The notes under the pieces: generated by a model | What the model was told of the DNA's origin: nothing | What the model saw: the letters and a program-made list of their open reading frames with translations, nothing else | The model's database searches: none | DNA from: an uncultured Actinomycetes bacterium | Lineage (GTDB): Bacteria > Actinomycetota > Actinomycetes > Mycobacteriales > SCTD01 | Length of the DNA: 64,000 nucleotides | Direction: 5' to 3' | Assembly (NCBI GenBank): GCA_963784675.1 | Contig: CAWASE010000001.1 | Span: 28,449 to 92,448 of the forward strand | Shown here: in pieces, positions 18,420-28,193 of the stretch | Numbering within the stretch: the first letter of the stretch is position 1 | Layout: each line of letters begins with the position of its first letter | Made by a program: the position numbers and the translations under genes

Positions 18420-19124
18420 GTGCGGGTGCAGCGTGGTGATCCTCTCCAGACCTACAAGGCCCGTCGACGGACCACCGCTGGTCAGGCCGAGGCGATCGAG
18501 CGGCTGCTGCCCGCCCTCGGGGTGACCCTGCCGTTCGACCCGGCCGCGGTGTTCGGTCGGGTGGCGCCCCTGGTGCTCGAGATCGGCTCGGGGATGGGCG
18601 AGGCCACCGCGGCCATGGCGGCGGCCGACCCCGACCGCGACGTGGTCGCCGTCGAGGTGCACACCCCAGGTGTCGGGGCGCTGCTGCGCCGGCTGGAGGC
18701 CGCCGCCCTGACCAACGTCCGGGTCGCCGAGCTCGACGGTCGCGACGTGCTGGACGCGTTCGGCACCGGCAGCCTGGACGAGGTCCGGGTCTATTTCCCC
18801 GACCCGTGGCCCAAAGCGCGCCACCACAAGCGCCGGCTCGTGACGCCGGCCTTCGCTGCCGCCGTGGCCGACCGGCTGCGGGACGGCGGGCGGCTGCACG
18901 TGGCCACGGACTGGCCCGACTACGCCGACCAGGTGCTGACGGTGCTCGCCGGCTGCGGCGGCCTGCAGGTGGTCGGCAGCGAGCGCGGCGCCCGACCGGT
19001 CACGCGTTTCGAGGCCCGGGGCGTCGCCGCCGGCCGGCCGCCGCACGACCTCGTCGCCGTCCGGCTGCCTCGCCTGACGCACCAGGGACGGCCCGGCTCA
19101 GCAGCTGGCGAGCATCGTCCGTAG
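18420..19124 (+). CDS. trmB: tRNA (guanine-N7)-methyltransferase
   Basis: LEIGSGMGEAT SAM motif and the hallmark VYFPDPWPKARHHKRRL. Confidence 0.85.
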   Translation: MRVQRGDPLQTYKARRRTTAGQAEAIERLLPALGVTLPFDPAAVFGRVAPLVLEIGSGMGEATAAMAAADPDRDVVAVEVHTPGVGALLRRLEAAALTNVRVAELDGRDVLDAFGTGSLDEVRVYFPDPWPKARHHKRRLVTPAFAAAVADRLRDGGRLHVATDWPDYADQVLTVLAGCGGLQVVGSERGARPVTRFEARGVAAGRPPHDLVAVRLPRLTHQGRPGSAAGEHRP

Positions 19125-20918
19125 GGCGTCGAGCTCGGCCTGCGTCACCGAGAGGTCCCAGCGCGTCTTCACCCCGGCCCACGCCCGCGCGTAGCCGCAC
19201 ACCGCACTGTCCAGGCGGGGGCGCCAGTCCTCGGGGGCGCGGCCTGCCCGCGCGTCGACGACGTCCTGCGCGACGACGGCGAGGTGCTCGGGGTGCTCGA
19301 GGTCGTTCGCGAAGGCCGCGCGTCTGGCGGCGTCCCACCCGGCAGCGCCGGAGACCGTGGCGTTCTGGAAGCTCACGGCCGGCTCGACGGCGGCCGTGTC
19401 GCCCGCGAACAGGTTCGCGCCCGTCCAGGCGTCCTTCCACAGCCCCTGCGTGACGGCGCAGCCGTCGTCGGACAGGGTGGCGTCGTACACCGAGCGCGCG
19501 AGGAGCACCTCGGTCGCGGTGTCCTGGCAGTCGCCGTCGGCGTCCAGCGACGGCCAGGCCGCGGGGTCGTAGGCGTCGGCCGTCCGGGGCGCGACGCGCA
19601 GGCCGGCGAGCTCGGCCGGCACCGGACCGGAACCCGCGTCGCCGCTGGTGAACCAGCCCGCGACGTCGGCCAGCAGGTGCGCCGCGTGCAGCGTGTAGAG
19701 CGTGACGCGCCCACCGTCCCCGAGGGTGGCGAGCGCGGCGTTGGCGATCGTCTGGCCCGGGCGCTCCAGGTTCAGGTTGGAGGACGAGCCGACCGTGCCC
19801 TGACCCTCGGGCAGCACCTGGACGAAGCCGCCCGCCGCCGGCAGCGTCGCCGTGACGTTCAGCACGACGCTGCTGACGCCCGAGCTCGGGATGCCCGCCT
19901 GACCCAGCGGCGCGACGGCGACGCGGGCGCCGTCGACCGGCCGGCTGCCGCTGCGGGTGTCGACCAGGCGGGTCGGCGCCACCGGGACGAACAACCCGGT
20001 CCCGGACGGCGCGGTGGTGTCGTCGGTGAACCAGCCGGCGACGTCGGCCAGCACGTGCGTACCGCTGGAGGAGTAGACGTCGACGGCGCCGCTGTCGCCG
20101 ACCGGCACGACGACGAGGTTGGCGACGGTCTGTCCGGCGGTGTGGTTGAGGTTGGACGACGCCCCGGCAGCGGTGCCGCCGGCAGAGGGGACCACCTGCA
20201 CGAACCCGCCCGAACGCGAGCCGGTCGAGGTGACGTTCAGGGCGACGGCGGAGACTCCCGAGGAGGGCACGCCGCCGCGTCCGGTGAGCTGCAGCGTGAG
20301 CGCGGACCCCTTGACCAGCGCGCCCTTGGCGCCGCTGGGCACCCCCTCGCCGGTGCGCGTGTCGAGCACCCGGGCGGGGGTCAGCGGGCGGTAGCGGCCG
20401 GCGGCCGTCTCGCCGGAGGTGACGAAGTAGCCCTGCAGGTCGGCCAGCAGGTGCCCGCCGCCGTGGGTGTACAGCGTGACGCGGCCGCCGTCGCCGACAG
20501 GGGCGACCACCAGCACCGGCACGGTCCTGCCCACGCCCTGCACGTTCAGGTTGGACGAGGCCCCCTCGGCGGCCCGGCCGGTCGGGTACACCTGCACGAA
20601 GCCCGACCCGGTGGAGGCCGTGAGCGTCACGTTCAGCACCACCGCGGTGACCCCGCTGGCGGGCACGCCGTCGCGGCCGGTCACCTGCAGCACGACCGAG
20701 CCCTTCGGCGGCACGACCCCCCTGGCCGTGCCGGTCCCGTCTCGGGTGTCGAGCACCCGGGCCGGAGCCAGCGGCACGAAGCGCGAGGTCGTCGGGGCAG
20801 ACGCGGCGGCCCCCTCCCCCGCGGCAGCCCTCGCGGGGGCGGCCTGCGCCGGGGTGGCGAACGCCCCCGCGGCGAGCAGGCAGACGGACAGGACGAGGGC
20901 ACGACGGGAGCGGGTCAC
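19098..20918 (-). CDS. Secreted protein: three tandem ~130-aa repeats plus a C-terminal DUF1524-like (GmrSD-C type) domain
   Basis: Signal peptide MTRSRRALVLSVCLLAAGAFATPAQA. Three repeats each contain RVLDTR...GVPxSGVxAVxLNVT...GGFVQVxP...SSNLN...LLADxxGxF. The C-terminal ~165 aa align by eye to secreted DUF1524 nucleases (GDCQDT...FANDL...C..W...KTRW.L.V...E...L...L..C). Confidence 0.7.
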   Translation of the reverse strand: MTRSRRALVLSVCLLAAGAFATPAQAAPARAAAGEGAAASAPTTSRFVPLAPARVLDTRDGTGTARGVVPPKGSVVLQVTGRDGVPASGVTAVVLNVTLTASTGSGFVQVYPTGRAAEGASSNLNVQGVGRTVPVLVVAPVGDGGRVTLYTHGGGHLLADLQGYFVTSGETAAGRYRPLTPARVLDTRTGEGVPSGAKGALVKGSALTLQLTGRGGVPSSGVSAVALNVTSTGSRSGGFVQVVPSAGGTAAGASSNLNHTAGQTVANLVVVPVGDSGAVDVYSSSGTHVLADVAGWFTDDTTAPSGTGLFVPVAPTRLVDTRSGSRPVDGARVAVAPLGQAGIPSSGVSSVVLNVTATLPAAGGFVQVLPEGQGTVGSSSNLNLERPGQTIANAALATLGDGGRVTLYTLHAAHLLADVAGWFTSGDAGSGPVPAELAGLRVAPRTADAYDPAAWPSLDADGDCQDTATEVLLARSVYDATLSDDGCAVTQGLWKDAWTGANLFAGDTAAVEPAVSFQNATVSGAAGWDAARRAAFANDLEHPEHLAVVAQDVVDARAGRAPEDWRPRLDSAVCGYARAWAGVKTRWDLSVTQAELDALRTMLASC

Positions 20919-21035
20919 CCCGTGCTCATCGGCACGGACCGCCCCTGACCGCAGCGACCGAGCCGTGGACGACCCGACCGGGTGAGTCCCACCGGGAGTC
21001 TGCCGTCCGGAGCAGGCGCTCGGCCGACCCAGCCC

Positions 21036-22272
21036 TCAGACCACCGGCGGGGTGAGCACCGCGACGAGCTCGACGTGCTCGGTCATCGGGAACAGGTCGA
21101 ACGCGCGCAACGAGGCGAGCTCCCAGCCGACCTCGAGGAGCACCCCCAGGTCACGGGCGAACGAGGCCGGGTCGCAGGCGACGTAGACCAGCCGGCGGGG
21201 CCGCAGCCCCGCGAGCGCCCGGGTCACGGCCAACCCCGCGCCGGTGCGGGGCGGATCGAGCACGACGAGGTCAGGAGCGCCGGCGCGGGCCAGCACGGCG
21301 GCGTCGACCTCAGCGGTGCGGACCTTCACCTGCGGGAGGTCGTCGGTGTTGCGCGCGGCGTCGGCGCACGCCCGGGGCTCGGACTCGACCGCCAGGACGG
21401 CGCCGGCCGACCCCACCCGCTCGCCGATCAGCGCGGCGAACAGGCCGACGCCGGCGTACAGGTCCAGCGCCCGCTCCCCCGGCTGCGGGTCCAGGCCGTC
21501 GAGCACCGCCTGCGCCAGGACGGTCGCCGCCCCCGGATGCACCTGCCAGAAGCCCCCGGCCGAGGCCTCGAAGCGCCGGCCGAGCACCGTGTGCGCGATC
21601 CCGTGCGGCACCTGGCGGGCCCGACCGTCGACCACGACGCCCGCCCCGACGTCGGGCACCGGGGCGCCACGACCGCGGGAGGACACCGACAGCACGCGCT
21701 GGGCACCCTCGGCCGCGACCTCGACCCCCTGCACCCCGGGCCAGCGCAGCGCCTCCACACCGACCGCCTCGACGTCGGCGCTCGCGAGCAGACAGCGCTC
21801 GATGGGCTCGAGCTCGTGCGAGCGGTGCCGGTGCAGGCCGACCCGGCCGTCGGCCGCGACCGCGAACTGCACCCTCGTGCGCCAGCCGAGCCCGGCGGTG
21901 TCGCCCGGCACGGGCTCGACCTGCCACGGCCAGCTCCAGGCCGGCCAGCCGGCGCAGCTGCTCGGCGACCAGGTCCGCCTTCAACCTCCGCTGCGCGGGC
22001 AGCGAGACGTGCTGGAAGTCGCAGCCACCGCACCGGCCCGGACCGGCGTAGGCGCACGGCGGCTCGACCCGGTCCGCGGACGGCTCGAGCACCGCGACGG
22101 CGTCCGCGCGCAGGAAGCTGGTCGTCGCCGAGGTCACGACCGCCCGCACGCGCTCACCCGGCAGGCTGTGCCGGACGAACACGACCCGGCCGTCGTCGGC
22201 CCGCGCCACGCAGCCGCCCCCGGCCGCGACCGGCCCGACGGTCAGCTCGAGGGCGTCCCCGACGACCGTCAC
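21036..22272 (-). pseudogene. TRAM/RumA-type 23S rRNA (uracil-5-)-methyltransferase, +1 frameshift near 21920
   Basis: The N-terminal part (VTVVGDALELTVGPVAAGGGCVAR...PPCAYAGPGRCGGCDFQH...LRRLAGLELAVA) is in one frame from GTG 22272. The remainder (VEPVPGDTAGLGWRTRVQF...LDLYAGVGLF...DPPRTG...VYVACDP) is in the next frame. One extra G at 21920/21921. Length is 1237 nt (3n+1). The start overlaps the permease stop (GTGA). Confidence 0.75.
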
Positions 22273-24263
22273 TCCGCCGGCCGACGGGCGGCACCGGGTG
22301 CGGAGCCGGTGGCCTGGTCGTCGTCCTGCAGCCGTTCCGACGACCGGAGCTGATAGGCCACGCTGGTCACCATGACCCCGGGCTGGAACAGCAGCCGGGC
22401 CTTCAGCCGCAGGGCGCTCTGGTTGTGCAGCAGCTGTTCCCACCAGTGCCCGACGACGTACTCGGGGATGAACACCGTGACGACGTCGCGGGGGCTGGCC
22501 AGCCGCACGTTGCGCACGTAGTCGAGCACCGGACGGGTGATCTCCCGGTAGGGCGAGTCGATGACCGTGAGCGGCACCGGCAGGTTGCGCCGGTCCCAGG
22601 CCTCCTGCAGCGCCTTGGACTCCTCGCGGTCGACGGCCACGGTGAGCGCGGTGAGGTCGTGCGGGCGGGTGGCCCGCGCATAGGCGAGCGCGCGCAGCGT
22701 CGGGTTGTGCACCTTGGACACCAGCACGATCGCGTGGTTGCGGCTCGGCAGTGGGGTGGCCTCGTCATCGGGCGTGAGCTCGACGGCCACCCGCGAGTAG
22801 TGGCTGTTGATCGCGCGCATCAGCACGTACAGGATCGGCATGGCGATCAGCACGATGTAGGCGCCGCGGGTGAACTTGGTGATCGTGACGATGATCAGCA
22901 CCGTGCCGGTCAGCGAGCAGCCGGTGGCGTTGATGATCCGGCTCTTCAGCACCTGCTTGCGACGGTCTGCCGTCAGGGCGCCCTTGCGCAGCAGCGCGTT
23001 CCAGTGCCGCACCATGCCCGCCTGCCCGAAGGTGAAGGAGGTGAACACGCCGATGATGTACAGCTGGATCAGCCGGGTCACGTCGGCCTGGAAGGCGACG
23101 ATCAGCAGCCCGGCGAAGGCGGCCAGCAGCAGCACGCCGTTGCTGTAGACCAGCCGGTCGCCGCGGGTGTGCAGCTGGCGCGGCAGATAGCGGTCCTGCG
23201 CCAGGATCGAACCCAGCAGCGGGAAGCCGTTGTAGGCGGTGTTGGCCGCCAGCACCAGGATGCCCGCGGTCATCGCCTGGATGTAGAAGAACGGCACCGA
23301 TCCGTCGCCGAACACCGCCGAGGCCACCTGGGCGATGACGCTGCGCTGCACCCCGTCGGAGGCGAAGCCGATGATCTGCCGGGCCGGCTCCTCGACGTAG
23401 CGCACGTGCGTCACCAGCGCCAGCGCCGTGATGCCGACGAACATGGTCATCGCCAGCCCGCCCATGAGCACCAGCGTCGTGGCGGCGTTGCGGCTCTTGG
23501 GCGGCCGGAAGGCCGGGACGCCGTTGGCGATCGCCTCGACCCCGGTCAGCGCCGTGCAGCCCGAGGCGAAGGCCCGCAGCACGAAGAACGCGAGCGCCAG
23601 CCCGATGAGCGCCGTGTGCTTCTCCTCGGCCACCAGCTGGTAGCCCGCGCTCTCGGCCTGCGGGGCGTCGCCGAAGGCGGCCTGGCCCAGGCCGTAGACG
23701 ATCATCGTGACGATGCCGAGCACGAAGCCGTAGGTCGGGACGGCGAACGCCTTGCCCGACTCCTTCACCCCGCGCAGGTTCATCGCGGTCAGGAACGCCA
23801 CGAAGCCCAGCGCGAGGATCACGCGGTGGTCGTCCAGCCCCTGGAACGCCGAGATGATGTTGTCGACGCCGGCGCTGACCGAGACCGCCACCGTGAGCAC
23901 GTAGTCGACCAGCAGCGCGCTCGCGACGACCACCCCGCTCTTGGGGCCGAGGTTCTTGCTCGCCACCTCGTAGTCGCCGCCGCCGCTGGGATACGCGTGC
24001 ACCAGCTGGCGGTAGGACAGCACCACGACGGTCAGCAGGACGACGACGGCGGCCGCCAGGAACGGCGTCAGGTACAGGTAGGCGACCCCGCCGAGCGTCA
24101 GGACGACCAGCACCTCCTGCGTGGCGTAGGCCACGCTGGACAGCGGGTCGCTGGCGAAGATCGGCAGCGCCAGGTACTTGGGCAGCTCCTGCTCGCTCTG
24201 CCGGTCGCTGCGCAGGGCGCGACCGAGGACTACCCGCTTGAGGACATCACCGGCACTGGGCAC
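22269..24263 (-). CDS. APC-superfamily amino-acid/cation permease with a C-terminal cytoplasmic domain
   Basis: About 12 TM segments (PIFASDPLSSVAYATQEVL...), a GTG 24263 start (VPSAGDVLKRVVLGRAL), and a conserved position next to trkA genes. The upstream 260 codons of the 926-aa ORF are antisense to trkA and were rejected. Confidence 0.8.
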   Translation of the reverse strand: MPSAGDVLKRVVLGRALRSDRQSEQELPKYLALPIFASDPLSSVAYATQEVLVVLTLGGVAYLYLTPFLAAAVVVLLTVVVLSYRQLVHAYPSGGGDYEVASKNLGPKSGVVVASALLVDYVLTVAVSVSAGVDNIISAFQGLDDHRVILALGFVAFLTAMNLRGVKESGKAFAVPTYGFVLGIVTMIVYGLGQAAFGDAPQAESAGYQLVAEEKHTALIGLALAFFVLRAFASGCTALTGVEAIANGVPAFRPPKSRNAATTLVLMGGLAMTMFVGITALALVTHVRYVEEPARQIIGFASDGVQRSVIAQVASAVFGDGSVPFFYIQAMTAGILVLAANTAYNGFPLLGSILAQDRYLPRQLHTRGDRLVYSNGVLLLAAFAGLLIVAFQADVTRLIQLYIIGVFTSFTFGQAGMVRHWNALLRKGALTADRRKQVLKSRIINATGCSLTGTVLIIVTITKFTRGAYIVLIAMPILYVLMRAINSHYSRVAVELTPDDEATPLPSRNHAIVLVSKVHNPTLRALAYARATRPHDLTALTVAVDREESKALQEAWDRRNLPVPLTVIDSPYREITRPVLDYVRNVRLASPRDVVTVFIPEYVVGHWWEQLLHNQSALRLKARLLFQPGVMVTSVAYQLRSSERLQDDDQATGSAPGAARRPAE

Positions 24264-24377
24264 GACCGGGAAGCGTACGGCTGTCGGCGCAGGGCGACGC
24301 ACGGGCCGCGTGTAGCGTCTGCGCCGGTCTGCGGTAGCTCCCGCGGGGCGTCCGGAGATCGTCGAGGAAGGACCGCC

Positions 24378-25052
24378 GTGCACGTCGTGATCATGGGGTG
24401 CGGCCGCGTCGGCTCGGCCCTGGCCAAGGGGCTGGAAGCCCTGGACCACTCGGTGTCGGTCATCGACCGCGACGCCGCCGCGTTCCGGCGGCTGTCGGCC
24501 GACTTCCGGGGCAACAAGATCACCGGGATCGGCTTCGACCGCGACACCCTGCTCGAGGCCGGGATCGAGGACGCCTACGCGTTCGCGGCGGTCAGCAGCG
24601 GCGACAACTCCAACATCATCGCGGCCCGGGTGGCTCGCGAGACGTTCGGCCTGGAGAACGTCGTCGCCCGCATCTACGACGCCCGGCGCGCCGCCGTCTA
24701 CCAGAAGCTCGGCATCCCGACCGTCGCCACGGTCCGCTGGACCGCCGACCAGGTCATCCGGCGGATGCTGCCCGAGGGGATCGCCTCGGAGTGGCGCGAT
24801 CCCAGCGGCAAGGTCGTGCTGGCCGAGGTCGCCTACGCCCCCACCTGGATCGGCGAGCGGGTCACCCGGCTGGAGGCCGCCGCCCGCGCCCGCGTCGCGC
24901 TCATCACCCGGCTCGGCGAGGGCTTCCTGCCGCACGCCGACTCGCTCGTCCAGCAGGGCGACCTGCTGCACGTGACGATGGCCTCGGCCCGGACCGACGA
25001 GGTCTCCGCGATCCTGGCCGCCGGGCCGCAGGCCGGGGAGGGAGAGCACTGA
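24378..25052 (+). CDS. trkA: TrkA-family potassium uptake protein (RCK N and C domains)
   Basis: VHVVIMGCGRVGSALAKGLEALDHSVSVID Rossmann motif. GTG 24378 follows GAGGAAGGA. Confidence 0.85.
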   Translation: MHVVIMGCGRVGSALAKGLEALDHSVSVIDRDAAAFRRLSADFRGNKITGIGFDRDTLLEAGIEDAYAFAAVSSGDNSNIIAARVARETFGLENVVARIYDARRAAVYQKLGIPTVATVRWTADQVIRRMLPEGIASEWRDPSGKVVLAEVAYAPTWIGERVTRLEAAARARVALITRLGEGFLPHADSLVQQGDLLHVTMASARTDEVSAILAAGPQAGEGEH

Positions 25053-25724
25053 TGCGCGTAGCGATCGCGGGTGCAGGAAACGTCGGGCGGTCCATCGCGC
25101 TCGAGCTGTTGGGCAACGGGCACGAGGTGCTGCTCATCGAGCGCGAGCCGAGGTCGATGAAGGTCGACAGCGTCGAGGGCGCCGAGTGGTTGCTCGCCGA
25201 CGCCTGCGAGCTCGAGACGCTGGTGCAGGCGCGCGTGCAGACGTGCCAGGTCGTCGTCGCGGCCACCGGCGACGACAAGGTGAACCTCGTCGTGTCGCTG
25301 CTGGCCAAGACCGAGTTCGGGGTCGATCGCGTCGTCGCCCGCGTGAACCACCCGAAGAACGAGTGGCTGTTCAACGAGTCGTGGGGTGTCGACGTCTCGG
25401 TCTCCTCGCCGCGGCTGCTGGCGGCGGTGGCGAACGAGGCCGTCTCGGTCGGCGACCTGGTCCGGCTGCTCACCTTCAAGCAGGGCGAGGCGAACCTGGT
25501 CGAGCTGACCCTGGCCGCCGACGCACCGCTGGTGGGCAAGCTGGTCGGGCTCGGTGGCCTGGCCGTCGGACTCCGCCCTGGTCGCGATCCTGCGCGACGG
25601 CCGCGTCATCGTGCCCTCGCCCGACGCCGCGATGGAGGGCGGCGACGAGCTGCTGCTCGTGGCCACCGCCGAGGTCGAGGCCGAGCTGAACGAGCTGCTC
25701 GGCGGGCACGCACGGCCCCGGTGA
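25052..25724 (+). pseudogene. trkA: Second TrkA-family potassium uptake protein, +1 frameshift at 25556-25559
   Basis: MRVAIAGAGNVGRSIALELLGNGHEVLLIE... reads to ...PLVGKLVGLGG. The expected C-terminus, WPSDSALVAILRDGRVIVPSPDAAMEGGDELLLVATAEVEAELNELLGG, continues in the next frame to TGA 25722-25724. Length is 673 nt (3n+1). Confidence 0.75.
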
Positions 25725-25752
25725 GCCTGCGTCCGGCCGCGTCGATCCTGCG

Positions 25753-26445
25753 TCAGGCAGCGTCGAGCCCGACGTCCGGCTCGTCGAGGTCGTCGCTGTA
25801 GCCCGAACGGCGGACCAGCACGACGGTGAGCAGCGCGGCGCCGGCGATCAGCGGCCACTTCACGGCGTTGATGACCAGCAGCAGCAGACCGTCGCTGTCG
25901 CCGGGCAGGGAGTAGACGTAGGCCGCGACGCCGGCGCGGACGAAGAAGGTGAGCGCCCAGAAGGCCGTCGCGAGCGTGACGGCCCGACGCAGCCCGGCGT
26001 GCTCGCGATAGCCGGCGTACTTCGCGTCGTAGGCCGCCAGCGCCAGCCCCACGGCCGGCCGGCGGACCACCAGCGAGACGACGAACCCGACCCCCGTCAG
26101 CGCGGTGGTGATGATGCCCGGCAGGAAGAAGCCCTTGCCGGTGCCGGTGGCCCGCGCCACCAGGACGGCGATCAGCAGACCGAAGAAGCCGCTGCCGACC
26201 TGCTGCAGCGGCTCGCCCCGCAGGCGGCGCAGGACCAGCAGGCCGACGCCGAGGGCGAGGGCGACGACCAGGGCGGTGTTCAGGCTCTCGGTGACCAGCC
26301 GGACCAGCACGAAGGCGACGCCCGGTACGGCACTGTCCAGCAGCCCACGCACGCCGCCGAAGGCCTGCACGAACGTGGTCGCCGGGACCGCGTCGTCGAC
26401 GTCCTCAGGTGCGGGACTGACCTGCTCGGGTTGCTGCTCAGCCAC
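25753..26445 (-). CDS. DUF3159-like integral membrane protein
   Basis: 230-aa polytopic protein in the conserved dut...trkA block. Family assignment is by synteny and composition, from memory. Confidence 0.7.
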   Translation of the reverse strand: MAEQQPEQVSPAPEDVDDAVPATTFVQAFGGVRGLLDSAVPGVAFVLVRLVTESLNTALVVALALGVGLLVLRRLRGEPLQQVGSGFFGLLIAVLVARATGTGKGFFLPGIITTALTGVGFVVSLVVRRPAVGLALAAYDAKYAGYREHAGLRRAVTLATAFWALTFFVRAGVAAYVYSLPGDSDGLLLLVINAVKWPLIAGAALLTVVLVRRSGYSDDLDEPDVGLDAA

Positions 26446-26806
26446 CCGAGGGCCGCAGCTCGTAGTCGGCGTTGTAGATCGTCGGGCGGCCGTCGTGCTC
26501 GGTCAGCCGGCCGCGCGCGACCAGCGACCGGCCGCACTCGATGCCACCGATGCGCCGGCGCCCGAGCCAGATGAGGGTGATCGTGCCGGTGCCGTCGTCG
26601 AGCTCGGCCTCCAGCGTCGGCGCCCCCGCACGCGGGCGAAGGGTCACCGAGCGCAGGGCACCGGCGACGCACACCGGCTCACCGCGCGAGCACGAGGTGA
26701 CCGCCGTGGCCCCGGCCTGCGCGGACTCCAGACGCAGCTCGTGCCGCTCCAGGTCGTGCGGGTCAGCGGTGAGCCTTGCGACGGCCTTGCGGAAGCGTCC
26801 TGACAC
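26438..26806 (-). CDS. OB-fold nucleic-acid-binding domain protein
   Basis: 122 aa containing ...VCVAGALRSVTLRPRAGAPTLEAELDDGTGTITLIWLGRRRIGGIECG..., typical of the small OB-fold protein in this syntenic block. Confidence 0.65.
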   Translation of the reverse strand: MSGRFRKAVARLTADPHDLERHELRLESAQAGATAVTSCSRGEPVCVAGALRSVTLRPRAGAPTLEAELDDGTGTITLIWLGRRRIGGIECGRSLVARGRLTEHDGRPTIYNADYELRPSGG

Positions 26807-26844
26807 CGCCTCAGGGTACGCCCGGCGCTGGTGCCGGACCGTCG

Positions 26845-27576
26845 TCAGCGGGTCTCGGTGATCTCCGGTCCGCGCGCAGGCATCTCCAGCGACGGGTCCG
26901 GCTCGGCCGTCGCCGCCGCCTGGGCCTCGGCGGCCTGCTCGGCGACTCCCTGGGGCAGCGCGAGCGGCAGGATGTTGCGGACCGCCATGGCCTCGTTGCC
27001 GCGCACCACGACGACGTCGCGCAGCCCGGCCAGCAGCGGCGCGGCCGCGCTCTCGTCGGTGGCGGCGGGGCCGGTGAGCAGCGCCCGCAGGAACCAGCGC
27101 GGCCCGTCGACCCCGACGAAGCGGGCTGCGGCCAGAGCGCCGCCCTCGGTCGGCACGCCCGCACGGAGCTCACCGCCCCAGGGCCCCTCCGCCTCGTCGG
27201 CCCGACCGCTGCTCTCGCGCAGGGTCACGGCGATCTCCTCGCGCACCTCGTCCCAGATCCCGGTCGTGCGGGGCGCGGCGAAGGCGTTGATCTGCATGGC
27301 GCTGGTGCCCTGGATCATCGTCGCGGCGACGATGGCGCCGGACTCCTCGACCTCGACCCGCACCTCGGTGTCCGGGGGGATGGGGATCCGCAGCCCACCG
27401 AGGTCCAGCCGCTCGAGCCCGTCGTCCGGGGCGTCCTGGACGTCCCAGGGTCCCTGCGGGCGGGGCGGGGGCGGCGCAGGCTGCTGCTCCGGCGCCTGCT
27501 CGTGGTCCAGCTCGGCGGCGTCGAGCTCCTCGACGTCCTCGTCTCGGCGCTTGCCCTTGCGTCGGAACACGCTCAT
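26845..27576 (-). CDS. DUF3710-like protein
   Basis: ATG 27576 ([19 protein letters not shown]...) overlaps the dut stop. Acidic N-terminus followed by [24 protein letters not shown]. Conserved partner of dut in actinobacteria. Confidence 0.7.
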   Translation of the reverse strand: MSVFRRKGKRRDEDVEELDAAELDHEQAPEQQPAPPPPRPQGPWDVQDAPDDGLERLDLGGLRIPIPPDTEVRVEVEESGAIVAATMIQGTSAMQINAFAAPRTTGIWDEVREEIAVTLRESSGRADEAEGPWGGELRAGVPTEGGALAAARFVGVDGPRWFLRALLTGPAATDESAAAPLLAGLRDVVVVRGNEAMAVRNILPLALPQGVAEQAAEAQAAATAEPDPSLEMPARGPEITETR

Positions 27577-28067
27577 CCTTCCTGTGCTGCGGCCGGCGGC
27601 CGCACCTGGTGCTGCTCGTCGGTGCCCGCGAGACCACCGGTGGAGCCGTGGCCGCCGGTGCCGCGGACGGAGTCCGGCAGCGGCTCGGTCTGCTCGCGCC
27701 ACGCCACCTGCTCCACCCGCTGCACGACGAGCTGCGCGATCCGGTCCAGCCGGCGCAGCCGGAGTGTCTCGCGGGGGTCGTGGTTGACCAGCACCACCAT
27801 GATCTCGCCGCGGTAGCCCGCGTCGACCGTGCCCGGCGCGTTGACGATGCTCACGCCGTGGTGCGCCGCCAGCCCGGAACGGGGGTGGACGAAGGCGGCA
27901 TGGCCCTGCGGCAGCGCAACGGAGATCCCGGTCGGCAGCAGCGCGCGCTCGCCCGGTGCGAGCTCGACGTCGCGGGTGGTGACCAGGTCGCAGCCGGCGT
28001 CGCCGGGGTGCGCGTAGGCGGGCAGCGGCACCTCGGGATCGAGCCGACGTACGGCCACCTCGAGCAC
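27573..28067 (-). CDS. dut: dUTP diphosphatase
   Basis: Motifs [30 protein letters not shown] and the C-terminal [10 protein letters not shown]. Confidence 0.9.
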   Translation of the reverse strand: MLEVAVRRLDPEVPLPAYAHPGDAGCDLVTTRDVELAPGERALLPTGISVALPQGHAAFVHPRSGLAAHHGVSIVNAPGTVDAGYRGEIMVVLVNHDPRETLRLRRLDRIAQLVVQRVEQVAWREQTEPLPDSVRGTGGHGSTGGLAGTDEQHQVRPPAAAQEG

Positions 28068-28193
28068 CGCACCGTCCTCTCCTGGGCACCGTCCGGTTCC
28101 TGCCGGGGCGTGGGCGACCCTACCCGCGCCGTCCCGTCCGGACCGTCGGCTCTACGGTCAGGAGCCGCACCGTCAGCCCGAGGAGACCCGTCC

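Noticed and set aside
24264-25049. The N-terminal 260-codon extension of the APC permease ORF (926 aa in the track).
   Set aside because: The extension is antisense to the well-supported trkA gene, is Gly/Asp/Arg/Pro-rich, and precedes the conserved permease N-terminus (VPSAGDVLKRVVLGRAL), which has its own GTG at 24263.
20982-25052. A 1356-aa ORF. Similar very long ORFs occur at 92-1612, 675-2330, 14421-17186, 36880-38904, 40341-41786, 53907-56588 and 56092-57897.
   Set aside because: The translations are Arg/Pro/Gly/Ala-rich and lack motifs. They run antisense to, or out of frame with, genes that have clear family signatures. This is the usual stop-codon-poor artefact of ~73% GC DNA. Only the last 224 codons of 20982-25052 (trkA) are real.
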